Position numbers and translations under genes: made by a program. A stretch of 57,964 nucleotides of DNA from Polyangiaceae bacterium (GTDB lineage Bacteria; Myxococcota_A; Polyangia; Polyangiales; Polyangiaceae), in the NCBI GenBank assembly GCA_033763455.1, contig JANRKO010000049.1, positions 1 to 57,964 on the forward strand, in the 5' to 3' direction. The notes beneath the pieces are model-generated. The model did no database searches and was not told where the DNA came from. It saw only the letters and a list, made by a program, of their open reading frames with translations. Numbering within the stretch: the first letter of the stretch is position 1; every line of letters starts with the position of its first letter. Below are positions 8,759 through 19,105 of the stretch, piece by piece.

Positions 8759-9202
8759 TCAGGCTCCGCAGGGCGGACGGAAGACTTCTGAAGCAACGCC
8801 TCTTGGGGCTCTCCAGGTTTCATGTGCTGGGATCTCTGACCTCAGCCACGCAGGGAGAGGAAGTGAAGGGGATGCGCTCGGCAGGCTTCTGAGCGGCTGG
8901 GAACCTAGGTCGATGGCACTCGGATCTGGGTCGAGGGGAGCTGGTGTTTCGTGCTGCCGCCCCACGGTTGGGCATGAAGTAGCCGTGGCGCCACTCAGAG
9001 GGCGCAGCGGGGCGTCAGCGCTCGCGCTTTGAGCCAGCATGTTGCAGACGGGCGCAGCTGCAGCGTCCGCACGGCTTGGTGAGAAACTCACGGCCAGGAG
9101 GATCAGTATGCCGAGTAAACAGCGGACAAGAGTCGCTCGCACCCGAGGGTTCCACGGGGCGCGGTGCCACACTATCAGCGGTTTCGATGCAGGGACCATC
9201 AT
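8759..9202 (-). CDS. Small secreted hypothetical protein ending in FRPP; candidate leader/arrest peptide
   Basis: Sec-type signal (LLGILILLAVSFSPSRADA), two Cys in the mature N-terminal part, Pro-rich linker and C-terminal GVASEVFRPPCGA; start uncertain. Confidence 0.6.
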   Translation of the reverse strand: MMVPASKPLIVWHRAPWNPRVRATLVRCLLGILILLAVSFSPSRADAAAAPVCNMLAQSASADAPLRPLSGATATSCPTVGRQHETPAPLDPDPSAIDLGSQPLRSLPSASPSLPLPAWLRSEIPAHETWRAPRGVASEVFRPPCGA

Positions 9203-9345
9203 GGGTTTGGAAAGCTGGTGCGGGAGTGTAACGCTCCGGACTCCACCAACAACCCTGTCAGCAGTCTATTCGCCGAGGCTAGCTGGCCGGGAAGCACCTG
9301 TAAGTTTTTTGCCTACCTTGTAGGATGCTGGCACCATGTTGCGTA

Positions 9346-12069
9346 ATGCAAGCTCCTCAAGAAGCGCTGGACAACTCAATACCGAGCCGCACCGAAGGAT
9401 CCGGGCCCCATTCGCTCGCATCCGCCGAGCTTCCCCTTCCGCGCAGGCTCGGGCGGCTGCTCTTACTGAAGCAACTCGCGCGGGGAGGAATGGGGGACGT
9501 ATTCCTGGCAGTGAGTGGTGCCATCGACGGGGCGGAGCGGTTGTGTGTTGTGAAGACCATTCGCCGCGACCACGCGGACGATGAGTCCTTTCTCGCACGC
9601 TTCCTCGACGAAGCTCGCATCCAATCGCAGCTTCAGCATCCGGGCGTTGCTCAGGTGTTGGAAGCAGCCACTGACGAAGTGGGCAAGCCTTACGTCGTGG
9701 TCGAATTTGTGGAGGGGCGCAATCTAGCAGAGCTTCGTGTGCGCGCGGCCCAAACTAACGCGCGGTTAAACTGGGAAGATGCGGTCGCCGTGGCAATCGG
9801 TATGGCCGAGGGCTTGGCTTACATTCATGAGTGCCGGGATGCTAATGGCAAGCCTCTAGACATCGTGCATAGAGACTTGAGCCCTCAAAACGTGATGGTA
9901 GGTTACGCGGGCGACGTGAAGTTGATAGATTTCGGCACGGCTCGCGCGGAGAACCGACGTTGCCGCACGGTAGCGGGTGTTGTCTTTGCAAAGCCCGGCT
10001 ATGTGGCCCCCGAGGTAGCCAACAATACTCCCGGCGGCATCCCCGCGGATATTTACGCGCTCGGAGTGATGCTTTGGGAGTTGATGGCCGGGCGCAGGTT
10101 CCTCTATGGCGACCCGGCACAGCACTTGGCTGCGGTAGGTGCAGGGAAACGTTCTCCAGCGAGACTCGAAAAGATCGCCAATTGCCCGGCCGAACTGGAC
10201 AACATCATAGCGAAATTGACAGCAACCCTTATCGAGCAGCGCTACAGCTCCGCTCGGGCTGCGGTGCAGGATCTAACCCACCTGTTGGCCGTGCACGGCA
10301 ACCCCGTGCTCGATGATTCGTCCACGCGTGCGCGGATCCGGCGTGTGATGGCGCAGCTTTTCCCAGGAGAACCCCAGAAGACACGAGCGGAGTTTGCAGA
10401 GCTCTTGTCGCTTGCCAAGAGCATTGAGCTTGCCCCAGCCACACGCCCTCCTGCACCCGCAGAACCAACCGCTTCGGCTCTTTTACCAGGCACGCGCTAT
10501 CGCCTCGCCACGGAGTTAGGGCGCGGTTCAAGTAGCGTTGTCTACGAGGCCTACCACGTTGACCTCGATCGCGTATTTGCGCTCAAACTGCTGAGCTTGG
10601 AAGCATGTGAAGATGTAGAGGCAAAAGAGGGTTTGCGTGCGGAGGCCAAGCTCATCTTTGGAGTTGAGCATCCGAACCTCGTGAAGGTGCACGATTTTGG
10701 GTTCTGTTCTAACGGTCGTCCCTTCTTTGTGATGGAACGCCTTCGGGGTGAAACACTGGATAAGTACCTAGAACGAAAGCGCGGTATGGATTTTCGGGAA
10801 GTGTGTGCGCTCGGTATCCAGGCGCTCACGGCCCTTGAAGCGGCCCATGAACGAGGCCTCGTGCACCGAGACATCAAGCTCCAGAACCTCTTTCTTACCG
10901 ACACGGGCACTCTCAAACTTTTGGACTTCGGTGTTGCGAAGAACAAGAACGAAGTGAAGGACGCCGAAGAAGGCACTCTTGCCGTGGTCGGAACTCCCGA
11001 AACTATGTCGCCGGAGCAGGCGCGCGGCAAGGCCGGGGATGCTCGTAGCGACCTCTACTCCTTGGGCGCGGTGCTCTACGAGCTCGTTACCGGTTTCCCG
11101 ACGCACCAGGCTGAGAGCATGGCCGCTCTGCTGCGTGCGAAGTGTTGCAAAGATGCGCCGCCAATCCGCCAGCGCGCGCCAGGGCGGGGGTTGCCGCGTT
11201 CCCTCGAAAAGGTGTTGGCACGAGCGTTAGAGCGACATCCCGAGATGCGTTTTGGAAACGCGCGCGCATTCCGTGAGGAACTCGTGGCAGTTCTATCTCA
11301 CTCGCAGCGCAGCGCACGACGGCTGCGGACCTCGATGTGGGCAGGGGCTGCCTGCCTTGTATCAGTCACCGCGTTGGCCGCGGTCCAACGCATGCACCCA
11401 GAATGGCTGGCGGCGGGGATGGCTCGGATCCAGCCCGTAGTCGTGGACAAATTTTGGGCACACGCTAAGGATGTCGGTGCGCGCCTCACCGGGCATAGAC
11501 TTACGACTAAGCCTTCACTCGCCGCGACTAAGCGTGCCCAAGTGATGCATGATTTGACTGAAAATACTGCCCTGCGACCGCTTCTTCGGCTGAGCGAACC
11601 TCAAGCAATGGTCGATCCAACTGCCTCACCGCGCGAGGGAGAAGTAGCCGAGATGTCGGCAGGTGCTGCGGTGCAGCCGCAAGCTGGCAAGCTTTCATCG
11701 AAAGTTGAACCTGCGTTCGTTGAGTCTGCCGCAGAGGCGGTCGACGATGATGAGGTAGCAGTTCAGGTTGCTCAGATCCAAACTAAGCTCGAACGTGGCA
11801 AAAGCGTGACGGCTCTCCACTCTGCCCGCGCGCTCGCCAAGCAATACCCCAAAGATCCCCGATCGCTTCGTCTTTGGTCGGAGGTGGCGGCAAAGTCGAA
11901 GGCCTGGGGCGAAGCACTCAAAGCAGCCCGAGCGTGGGAGAAAATCGATTCAAGTGCAGAGGCCGCGCGCAACCTGATCCGGATGCTACGGAGCACAGGG
12001 CATGCCGAAGAGGCAGCGCGTCGAGCACTCTTGCTCGGCGATACGCCAACCTTCGCCATGCTCGACTAG
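9346..12069 (+). CDS. Ser/Thr protein kinase with two tandem kinase domains, a TM segment and a helical TPR-like C-terminus
   Basis: Domain 1: GGMGDV, VVK, HRDLSPQN, DFG, APE. Domain 2: GRGSSSVV, ALK, HRDIKLQN, DFG, SPE. Confidence 0.9.
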   Translation: MQAPQEALDNSIPSRTEGSGPHSLASAELPLPRRLGRLLLLKQLARGGMGDVFLAVSGAIDGAERLCVVKTIRRDHADDESFLARFLDEARIQSQLQHPGVAQVLEAATDEVGKPYVVVEFVEGRNLAELRVRAAQTNARLNWEDAVAVAIGMAEGLAYIHECRDANGKPLDIVHRDLSPQNVMVGYAGDVKLIDFGTARAENRRCRTVAGVVFAKPGYVAPEVANNTPGGIPADIYALGVMLWELMAGRRFLYGDPAQHLAAVGAGKRSPARLEKIANCPAELDNIIAKLTATLIEQRYSSARAAVQDLTHLLAVHGNPVLDDSSTRARIRRVMAQLFPGEPQKTRAEFAELLSLAKSIELAPATRPPAPAEPTASALLPGTRYRLATELGRGSSSVVYEAYHVDLDRVFALKLLSLEACEDVEAKEGLRAEAKLIFGVEHPNLVKVHDFGFCSNGRPFFVMERLRGETLDKYLERKRGMDFREVCALGIQALTALEAAHERGLVHRDIKLQNLFLTDTGTLKLLDFGVAKNKNEVKDAEEGTLAVVGTPETMSPEQARGKAGDARSDLYSLGAVLYELVTGFPTHQAESMAALLRAKCCKDAPPIRQRAPGRGLPRSLEKVLARALERHPEMRFGNARAFREELVAVLSHSQRSARRLRTSMWAGAACLVSVTALAAVQRMHPEWLAAGMARIQPVVVDKFWAHAKDVGARLTGHRLTTKPSLAATKRAQVMHDLTENTALRPLLRLSEPQAMVDPTASPREGEVAEMSAGAAVQPQAGKLSSKVEPAFVESAAEAVDDDEVAVQVAQIQTKLERGKSVTALHSARALAKQYPKDPRSLRLWSEVAAKSKAWGEALKAARAWEKIDSSAEAARNLIRMLRSTGHAEEAARRALLLGDTPTFAMLD

Positions 12070-12169
12070 CGCGCGCGGGCTTTGATCCCAATAAAGGTCG
12101 GGTCCTAAGCACAAAGTCCTTGCGGCCCGCCCCGAATCGGTTGATGAAGCTGGCTCAAGTTTCGCGCAA

Positions 12170-13609
12170 ATGGCCTTGCCTGCCCCCACCAATCGGGTCA
12201 ACGTTATCACCACAGGATCGCCGTACGCGGTGGTCCTGAAAATCGCGACCCCAACTGTCCTCGCCATGCTCACCCAGAGCGTGGTCAACGAGATTGACAT
12301 CATCTTCTTCTCCTGGCTGCCCTGCCCGGAGTCCTCGAACGCGCAGGCTGCGCTCTTCCCGTCCTTGGTGTTGCTGTGGCTCTTCGGCGGGTCTCTGAGC
12401 GCAATCTCAGTCGGCACTCAGGCGATTGCCGCTAGGCGCTTTGCCGAGGGCAAGCTCAAAGATGCAGGGGCTGTGTTGGTGAACTCGTGGGTGTTCTCGC
12501 TCATTGCGAGCGTCACTCTCACCGCTGTGGCCTATGCAGCGCTGCCAAAGATTTTGGAGCTTTGGCTTGGGGTGCCGCACGTGCGGGAAGCTGCACAAGG
12601 GTACTTGCACTGGCGGCTGCTCGGCATCGCCTCGATGGTGATTACCTTCTCATTCAAATCCTTCTTCGACGGGATTGGGTGCACGCACGTGCACATGGTG
12701 AGCGCCGTCGTGATGAACGTCTTGAACATCCTCTTGTGCATGGCGCTCATTTTCGGCAACTGGGGCTTTCCGCGTATGGGAATAGCTGGCGCGGGCTTAG
12801 CGGGTTTCATCGCCACGTGGGTGGGCCTATCCGTCATGATTGGGTGGGCGTTGCGACAGCGTTTTCGTGGACCCTTCGGGCCATTCGATCTGAGTGTGCT
12901 TTCGCACAAGCTGCTCCGTGACATTCTACGTTTGTCGATTCCAAGTGGGGTCGCGACAATAGCGGTCATGACAGGTTTCGGTCTGTTTGCTGGGATTGTC
13001 GGTCACCTAGATTCGATTGCTCCGGGCAACGTCGTGCAGGGGGCTTGTCCGGGGGGCGCACCCGAAGCGGTAAACAGTGCTGCCACAACCGTCATCGTGG
13101 GTATCGTGAAGCTTACGTTCACGGCTTGTTTGGCTTTCGGTACCGCTACGGCCACGCTTGTAAGTCAATCCCTCGGTGAGAAAGACGGGGATAAGGCGGA
13201 GCGTTTTGGCTGGGTGTCTGTGCGGCTCGGTGTGGTGATTTTCGGTATCATTGGGCTGATCGAAGGCTTGGTATTTCCACGGGAAATCCTGGCGTTTGTA
13301 AGCCAGAGCCCAGCGGTACAAGAAGCCGCATTGGTCCCCCTACAGATGATGGGCGTGTGCACCCCTTGCATTGCAGTGGGTATGATCCTCACCCAAGCGT
13401 TATTTGGAGCCGGAAATGCACGGTTCGTGATGGTAGTGGAGCTCGTGCTTCACTTCGGGTGTCTCGTGCCGTTGGCATGGTTGCTCGGCATCACTATGGG
13501 CTTTGGCCTCGTGGGCATTTGGAGCGCCGCGGTGGTGTACGCGGTGCTTCTCACCGCGGTCATGATTGCCAAATTCCGTCGAGGCGAATGGAAGAGCATT
13601 CAAATCTGA
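12170..13609 (+). CDS. MATE family efflux transporter
   Basis: About 12 hydrophobic segments; LIFGNWGFPRMGIAGAGLA, ATLVSQSLGE and GLVGIW MATE patterns. Confidence 0.9.
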   Translation: MALPAPTNRVNVITTGSPYAVVLKIATPTVLAMLTQSVVNEIDIIFFSWLPCPESSNAQAALFPSLVLLWLFGGSLSAISVGTQAIAARRFAEGKLKDAGAVLVNSWVFSLIASVTLTAVAYAALPKILELWLGVPHVREAAQGYLHWRLLGIASMVITFSFKSFFDGIGCTHVHMVSAVVMNVLNILLCMALIFGNWGFPRMGIAGAGLAGFIATWVGLSVMIGWALRQRFRGPFGPFDLSVLSHKLLRDILRLSIPSGVATIAVMTGFGLFAGIVGHLDSIAPGNVVQGACPGGAPEAVNSAATTVIVGIVKLTFTACLAFGTATATLVSQSLGEKDGDKAERFGWVSVRLGVVIFGIIGLIEGLVFPREILAFVSQSPAVQEAALVPLQMMGVCTPCIAVGMILTQALFGAGNARFVMVVELVLHFGCLVPLAWLLGITMGFGLVGIWSAAVVYAVLLTAVMIAKFRRGEWKSIQI

Positions 13610-13662
13610 CAGCCGAACGACTAGATGGAAGAACATTCAAATCTGACAGCCCGAACGACTAG
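13588..13662 (+). repeat. Tandem duplication (37/38 bp) of the MATE gene 3' end
   Basis: ATGGAAGAGCATTCAAATCTGACAGCCGAACGACTAG followed by ATGGAAGAACATTCAAATCTGACAGCCCGAACGACTAG. Confidence 0.9.
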
Positions 13663-13740
13663 GAAGAGCTAGCAAACGTAGAGATGGGGCGCGTAAGGGA
13701 TACCGCGCCGAAGCGATAGCGCGCAGTTAGGACTGGTGAG

Positions 13741-15012
13741 CTAGCGGCGAACAATTTCGCACGCTACAGACGCGCGCACCTTGGGATGAGCATCGGCTAA
13801 CCCATCTGCTGCATCGGAATAGCGCTGCAGATCGAGCAGGGCAAACGCTGCGAGCTGTCGATGTTCCACGCCATCTGTTTGCAGTCGCTTGAGCAACCGA
13901 GGAGCCACGCTCTGGTCGCCGTGGCGTGCCAGCGCCTGTTCTGCGATCAATGCTGCATCGCCTTTATCAGCCAAAAGGCCCACCAGACCAAGCTTTGCCT
14001 TCTCAGCGTCCCCCGGGAGCGAAAGGAGCCGGATGAGAGCCTGAGCGCGCACGCTCACGTCGGCGTCGTTAGCTGCAACCTTCCGCACCGCAGCCAAAAG
14101 CCGAGTGTCGTCAAGGGGAGCTACCTGAACCACGACGCGACGTTCGGTTGAGGTGCCTTGCTCCAGCAAGCGCAGAAGCACGCCCGTGCCAACTTCACGA
14201 AGCTTGTCGTGGCGACCAAGCCCGACTGCAGCCGTGACGGCGGGTAATCCGTCGCCCGTTTGTGCCAACCAAACCAACATTTCGTCGCCGCCGGCCGCCA
14301 GCGACTTTGGTAGGGACCACGCTTCAGCAATGGCCATCTTGGTTGACTCATCGGCTTGCTCAAATCGATCTCGAAGCACGCGCACTGCACGCTCACCCCC
14401 CGACAGCCCAAGCGCACGAATGGCGAGGCTCCGACAACCCGGATCCGGATCAACCCGCGAGCTTTCGAAGAGGAGCGGAATATCCGCGGGATCTAGCTCA
14501 GCGAGGGCCGCCTTGAGAGCACTCTTGCGGACGCGAGGATCTGGATCGAGCAGAAATTCACGGCGCAATTTCCCAAATTCTGGCCCCACCGAGGCACGTG
14601 CCGCCACGGCCCGAAAAGCACCGGCTTCGGCTTTGGAAAAGCGAGAGATGGCATCTTCTGGGTCCAGTTCGTCCAAGGAAAGAAGCAGGAGCCGCGCTGC
14701 TGCGGCCACATCCCCTTCGGTGGCAGCGCGATCTTCCAGCGTCGATATGACAGGCTTCACGCACTCGGAAAAAGAAGCGAGCAAATCGGGTGCGTATTCG
14801 CCACGCATCGATTGGATCTCTCTCCTCAAAACGGCGATGGCAAGCTCACGGACCGTGCCCTCATCGAGCCCGCCAGCCTTCCTGGCCGACGCAACTTCAC
14901 GCTTTAGTGCCGCGAGGTCCCCCCCGAGGGCAGTTTTGACTACCTGAGGTGAAGCGCAGGAGAGCGCCCAGAGCCCAAATCCAAAAAGCGCAATCTCTTT
15001 GAGAGCCGCCAT
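13741..15012 (-). CDS. HEAT-repeat lipoprotein
   Basis: Lipobox LWALSC; repeated DPDPRVRKSA, DPDPGCRSLAIRAL, DVSVRAQAL and HPKVRASVA. Confidence 0.75.
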   Translation of the reverse strand: MAALKEIALFGFGLWALSCASPQVVKTALGGDLAALKREVASARKAGGLDEGTVRELAIAVLRREIQSMRGEYAPDLLASFSECVKPVISTLEDRAATEGDVAAAARLLLLSLDELDPEDAISRFSKAEAGAFRAVAARASVGPEFGKLRREFLLDPDPRVRKSALKAALAELDPADIPLLFESSRVDPDPGCRSLAIRALGLSGGERAVRVLRDRFEQADESTKMAIAEAWSLPKSLAAGGDEMLVWLAQTGDGLPAVTAAVGLGRHDKLREVGTGVLLRLLEQGTSTERRVVVQVAPLDDTRLLAAVRKVAANDADVSVRAQALIRLLSLPGDAEKAKLGLVGLLADKGDAALIAEQALARHGDQSVAPRLLKRLQTDGVEHRQLAAFALLDLQRYSDAADGLADAHPKVRASVACEIVRR

Positions 15013-15044
15013 CAGGTTTCAACGCAAAGGTTCGGGATTTCCCA

Positions 15045-16724
15045 CTAATTGATGGTGTTTTCTTGGGGGAGCCCCCCTTCCGCGCGCGGTGACTCACTGA
15101 GAGCACTGGTGCGGATGGCCTCTCGATGACGAAGCGCTGCTGCCACAAATCCGGTAAACAGGGGATGTGCTGCGAGTGGCCGGCTCTTGAATTCCGGATG
15201 GAACTGGCAGGCAACAAAGTGCGGATGGAGAGGAAGCTCTACCATCTCAACGAGGCGGTTATCTGGGCTGGTTCCGCTCAGGATCAAGCCACCTTCGGTG
15301 AGGGCCCCGCGGTATTCATTGTTGAACTCGTAGCGATGCCGGTGGCGTTCGGAGATTTCACGCTTTCCGTACAACTTCTCGGCAACGGTACCTTCCTTGA
15401 GAACACACGGGTAAGCGCCCAAGCGCATGGTGCCGCCCTTGTCCTTCACTCCTTGTTGATCTGGCATCAGATCAATCACCGGATGCGGAGAATCCTTTCC
15501 AAACTCTGTGGAGCTTGCGCCCTTGAGGCCACAGACATGGCGAGCGTATTCGATGACAGCCAGCTGCATGCCCAAGCAGATCCCGAAAAACGGAATACCG
15601 TGCTCGCGCGCGTGTTGGATAGCCAAGATTTTTCCCTCAACGCCGCGGTCGCCGAAGCCGCCAGGAACAAGCACTGCATCCAGCCCTGAGAGCATGGAAG
15701 CCGCGTTGCTGCGATCAATTTGCTCCGAATCGATGTATTTCAGCTCGACCGAAACGTTGGTATCGAGCCCGCCGTGAACGAGCGCCTCATGCAAAGACTT
15801 ATAGCTGTCTTTGAGGTGAACATATTTGCCAACAACCCCGATGTGAACGCTTCCGTGGGCGGGCTTTTTGAATTTTTCCACCGTGCTGCGCCAACTGGAT
15901 AGCTCCGGCTGCCGAGACCAAATGTTCAAGCGCTCGGCAATCTGCGTATCTAGCCCTTCGGCGTGAAGTACGAGCGGGAGCTCATAGATGCAACTCACGT
16001 CGACCGCGGAGATAACGCTATCTACGGGCACGTTCGAGAAGAGCGCGATCTTTTCCTTCAAGCCGCGTGCAATGGGGCGATCACAGCGGCACACCAAAAT
16101 ATCGGGTTGGATCCCAATTTCGCGCATTTCGCGCACGGAGTGCTGCGTGGGCTTCGTCTTCAATTCTCCAGCCGATGAGATATGGGGCACGAGTGTTACG
16201 TGCACGCTTACGAAATTCTCACGGCCCTCTTCTAGGCGAAGCTGGCGCATGGCCTCCAAGAACGGCAATGACTCGATGTCGCCTACGGTGCCGCCTATCT
16301 CGACGATCGCCACGTCGACGTCGTGGCAAGCCTGACGAATTCGCAGTTTGATTTCGTCCGTGATGTGCGGAATCACCTGCACGGTGGCCCCGAGGTACTC
16401 ACCGCGCCGCTCTTTTTCGATCACCGAATTGTAGACGCGCCCGGTGGTGATGTTGGCGGCTTTTTTAAGGACACAACTCGTGTAGCGCTCGTAATGGCCA
16501 AGATCGAGGTCTGTTTCGGCGCCATCATCCGTTACAAATACCTCGCCGTGTTGGTACGGCGACATCGTGCCGGGGTCGACGTTAATATACGGATCCAGCT
16601 TCATGTGGGTGACGCTGAGACCTCGGGCTTCCATCAGCGCGCCAATCGAGGCGCTCGTAAGCCCCTTACCGATTGAGGACACGACGCCACCGGTGACTAG
16701 GACGAACTTGGTCCTTCGACTCAC
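15045..16724 (-). CDS. pyrG: CTP synthase
   Basis: [39 protein letters not shown] and QFHPEF. Confidence 0.98.
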   Translation of the reverse strand: MSRRTKFVLVTGGVVSSIGKGLTSASIGALMEARGLSVTHMKLDPYINVDPGTMSPYQHGEVFVTDDGAETDLDLGHYERYTSCVLKKAANITTGRVYNSVIEKERRGEYLGATVQVIPHITDEIKLRIRQACHDVDVAIVEIGGTVGDIESLPFLEAMRQLRLEEGRENFVSVHVTLVPHISSAGELKTKPTQHSVREMREIGIQPDILVCRCDRPIARGLKEKIALFSNVPVDSVISAVDVSCIYELPLVLHAEGLDTQIAERLNIWSRQPELSSWRSTVEKFKKPAHGSVHIGVVGKYVHLKDSYKSLHEALVHGGLDTNVSVELKYIDSEQIDRSNAASMLSGLDAVLVPGGFGDRGVEGKILAIQHAREHGIPFFGICLGMQLAVIEYARHVCGLKGASSTEFGKDSPHPVIDLMPDQQGVKDKGGTMRLGAYPCVLKEGTVAEKLYGKREISERHRHRYEFNNEYRGALTEGGLILSGTSPDNRLVEMVELPLHPHFVACQFHPEFKSRPLAAHPLFTGFVAAALRHREAIRTSALSESPRAEGGLPQENTIN

Positions 16725-16794
16725 AGTACCACCTCCATATTGATTACAGATACCACGCCCATGCGCTTCTCACTCGGGAACTTTTGGCGGTTCA

Positions 16795-17292
16795 TCAAAA
16801 CTCACCCATCACGCTGAGGATCCATCCGTGTCGAAGCGGCTGGGCATCTACGCTCGTGATGCTGGCCCCTTGTTTGGGTGGGGCAGCTTTGAGGAACAGC
16901 GATTCGGACGCGACCAGTAGCCCGCCCGCTTGAGCAACACCATTGGCGGTGGTCAGCACAGCTCGGACCACGGTGTTGAAAGTTGAGCAGTCGGGTTCGT
17001 CGTCTGCGCAACCGGTCTTTGCCAAGGCCATCCAGGGGCCCGCTACGGGCACTCGCAAGGAAGCTGAGCCCGGCGAGTCGGGAAAGACGTAAGAAGAACC
17101 GAGAGCAGCTCCGTACCAAAGAGTTGTTACGGCAAGGCCTGCGAGCGCCGTTCGTGCCGAAGTGGAAGCATCTGGTTGCCCAGCTACGTCGTAGCGGAGC
17201 GGTTCAACCGGCTCGTCCGCGTGCGCTACTTTTGAAGTGAGAGAGGCCGCGCAGAAGGCACATCCCAAAACCCATGCCCAGATCCGTTGCAT
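16795..17292 (-). CDS. Hypothetical secreted/membrane protein
   Basis: Signal peptide ending VAHA, hydrophobic segments, VPVAGPW, a Cys pair and terminal Phe (VMGEF). Confidence 0.6.
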   Translation of the reverse strand: MQRIWAWVLGCAFCAASLTSKVAHADEPVEPLRYDVAGQPDASTSARTALAGLAVTTLWYGAALGSSYVFPDSPGSASLRVPVAGPWMALAKTGCADDEPDCSTFNTVVRAVLTTANGVAQAGGLLVASESLFLKAAPPKQGASITSVDAQPLRHGWILSVMGEF

Positions 17293-17419
17293 GGGCTTCT
17301 TCCATCGTCGGAAACGCACGTTCTAGCAAGGGATAAATTTCCAGCAGGTTGTCCACACGCGTTCTGGCGAAAACCATTGGTGATTGGGTGGTAGAGCCCC
17401 GGGCGAGATCATTGCTAAA

Positions 17420-19009
17420 ATGCTGTCCGTGCGTCGACAGAGAGTCCACTTTGCCCAATGGCTCCTGGTAACGGCACTCGGTTCAGCTCCGCGATTTGTC
17501 GCAAGCCAGCCGGCCCCAATGGGGACGGCTGCGAGTCAGCCGGTGGACACCGCGCGTCTTGTTCAGCCAGCGGCCGTGAGCCCACGGGCATCGTCGAATT
17601 TCTCTGCAACCGATCCGGGGCAAGATGGATCCGCTGTGACTCCACCCCTGGCGACCGCGCTGCGGAAGTTGGTGGAGTCGGTCACCCAGCGCGGCGGTAA
17701 GTTGTCTGCACTCGTTTTTGACCTCAACAACGACAAATCTGTGGCGAGCGTTGCCCCCAAGGTGGCGCTGAATCCCGCCTCCAACCAGAAACTGTTGCTC
17801 GCTTCAGGCGCGCTCGCGCTGCTCGGGCCCGGCTATCAGTTCAAGACCGGGGTGTACGGGGTGCAGAGGGGGGGCAGCGCGCCCTCGCTGGTCTTGCGGG
17901 GAAATGGGGACCCGTCGCTCGGTACGGAAGACCTATGGATCTTGGTGGATACTTTGGTCGCTCGTGGATTGGTTCAGGTGAACGGACCCATCTTCGTGGA
18001 CCAGAGCGCGTTCGACGACAAGTTCACGCCACCGGCTTTTGACCAGCAGCCCAACGAGTGGGCCGCATTTCGCGCTCCCGTGTCGGCGCTCGCACTCGAA
18101 GAAAACACCGTCACGCTTCACGTTATTCCGACTGAGCCGGGAAAGCCCGCGCGGGCGTGGTTTACCCCCGCGTCGATGGTCGATGTAAGAGGCACGGTTT
18201 TGACCGCACCGAAGGGAAAGGCGTCCCAAGTGAGGCTCACCCTGCAAGCGAATGGTTTGCGCCTGAGTGCGCAGGTATCAGGCGTAATTGCAGCAGGGCA
18301 AGGCGAGCAACGTTTTACCCGGCGCGTTGAAGATCCGCGCCTTATGCCCGGGTACGTATTTCGAGAACTATTGCTCGCGCGGGGCGTTCAAGTAGCAGGT
18401 GGAGTGGAGCTGGGTGGCAGCGATGTAAAAGGCCGCTTGGCCCAGGTCACGAGTGAACCGTTGGCGCGCCTCGCATTTCAGCTCGGCAAAGAGAGCGACA
18501 ATTTCTACGCTGAAATGCTGCTCAAGGCGATCGGCGCCCGTGCGTTTTCGGGCCCGGGTTCAAGCGAAGGCGGTGCGAATGCGCTTCGAACCTGGCTCCT
18601 GGCAGAAGGCCTATGGGTAGAGAGCTCCGTTCTCAAAAACGGCTCCGGGCTCTACGACGCGAACCGACTGAGCGCAGAGCAAATCGTCAACGTGCTCCGC
18701 TTCGCGCAGGGCAACTCGCAGATTGGCCCAGAGTTTGTGAGCCATCTTTCCGTGGCAGGCCGCGACGGAACTCTGCAGCGTAGGTTCCCGAAGCTAAAAG
18801 AAGCAGCAGCTGTGCGCGCCAAGACCGGCACGCTGGCTAAGGCCGTTGCCCTCAGCGGCTATGCCATGGAACGCGGTCGACCTCGTTATGCTTTCTCAAT
18901 TCTCGTAAATGGAGTCGCTGATCACGCAAGCATCCGACCGCTTATGGACGCGGTGGTCGAAAGTTTGGTGGTGCTTCCCATGCCCCCATCGGCGAAGGTG
19001 CCGCGCTGA
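17420..19009 (+). CDS. dacB: D-alanyl-D-alanine carboxypeptidase/endopeptidase (PBP4, S13)
   Basis: PASNQK (SxxK), GNGDP, SDN (SxN), NGSGL and KTGTL; start uncertain. Confidence 0.92.
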   Translation: MLSVRRQRVHFAQWLLVTALGSAPRFVASQPAPMGTAASQPVDTARLVQPAAVSPRASSNFSATDPGQDGSAVTPPLATALRKLVESVTQRGGKLSALVFDLNNDKSVASVAPKVALNPASNQKLLLASGALALLGPGYQFKTGVYGVQRGGSAPSLVLRGNGDPSLGTEDLWILVDTLVARGLVQVNGPIFVDQSAFDDKFTPPAFDQQPNEWAAFRAPVSALALEENTVTLHVIPTEPGKPARAWFTPASMVDVRGTVLTAPKGKASQVRLTLQANGLRLSAQVSGVIAAGQGEQRFTRRVEDPRLMPGYVFRELLLARGVQVAGGVELGGSDVKGRLAQVTSEPLARLAFQLGKESDNFYAEMLLKAIGARAFSGPGSSEGGANALRTWLLAEGLWVESSVLKNGSGLYDANRLSAEQIVNVLRFAQGNSQIGPEFVSHLSVAGRDGTLQRRFPKLKEAAAVRAKTGTLAKAVALSGYAMERGRPRYAFSILVNGVADHASIRPLMDAVVESLVVLPMPPSAKVPR

Positions 19010-19105
19010 CGAGGGTGGCGCGTTGGAAAGCTCGCGCCCGGTGCAACGTCCGCTGAGGCGAGATCGTCACTCTGGCCCCAGCATTTCGGTTCACGCCACT
19101 ACACG

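Noticed and set aside
9329..9343. Sigma-54-like TGGCACCATGTTGCG upstream of the dual kinase
   Set aside because: GG-GC spacing is 9 rather than the required 10, and it is too close to the start codon
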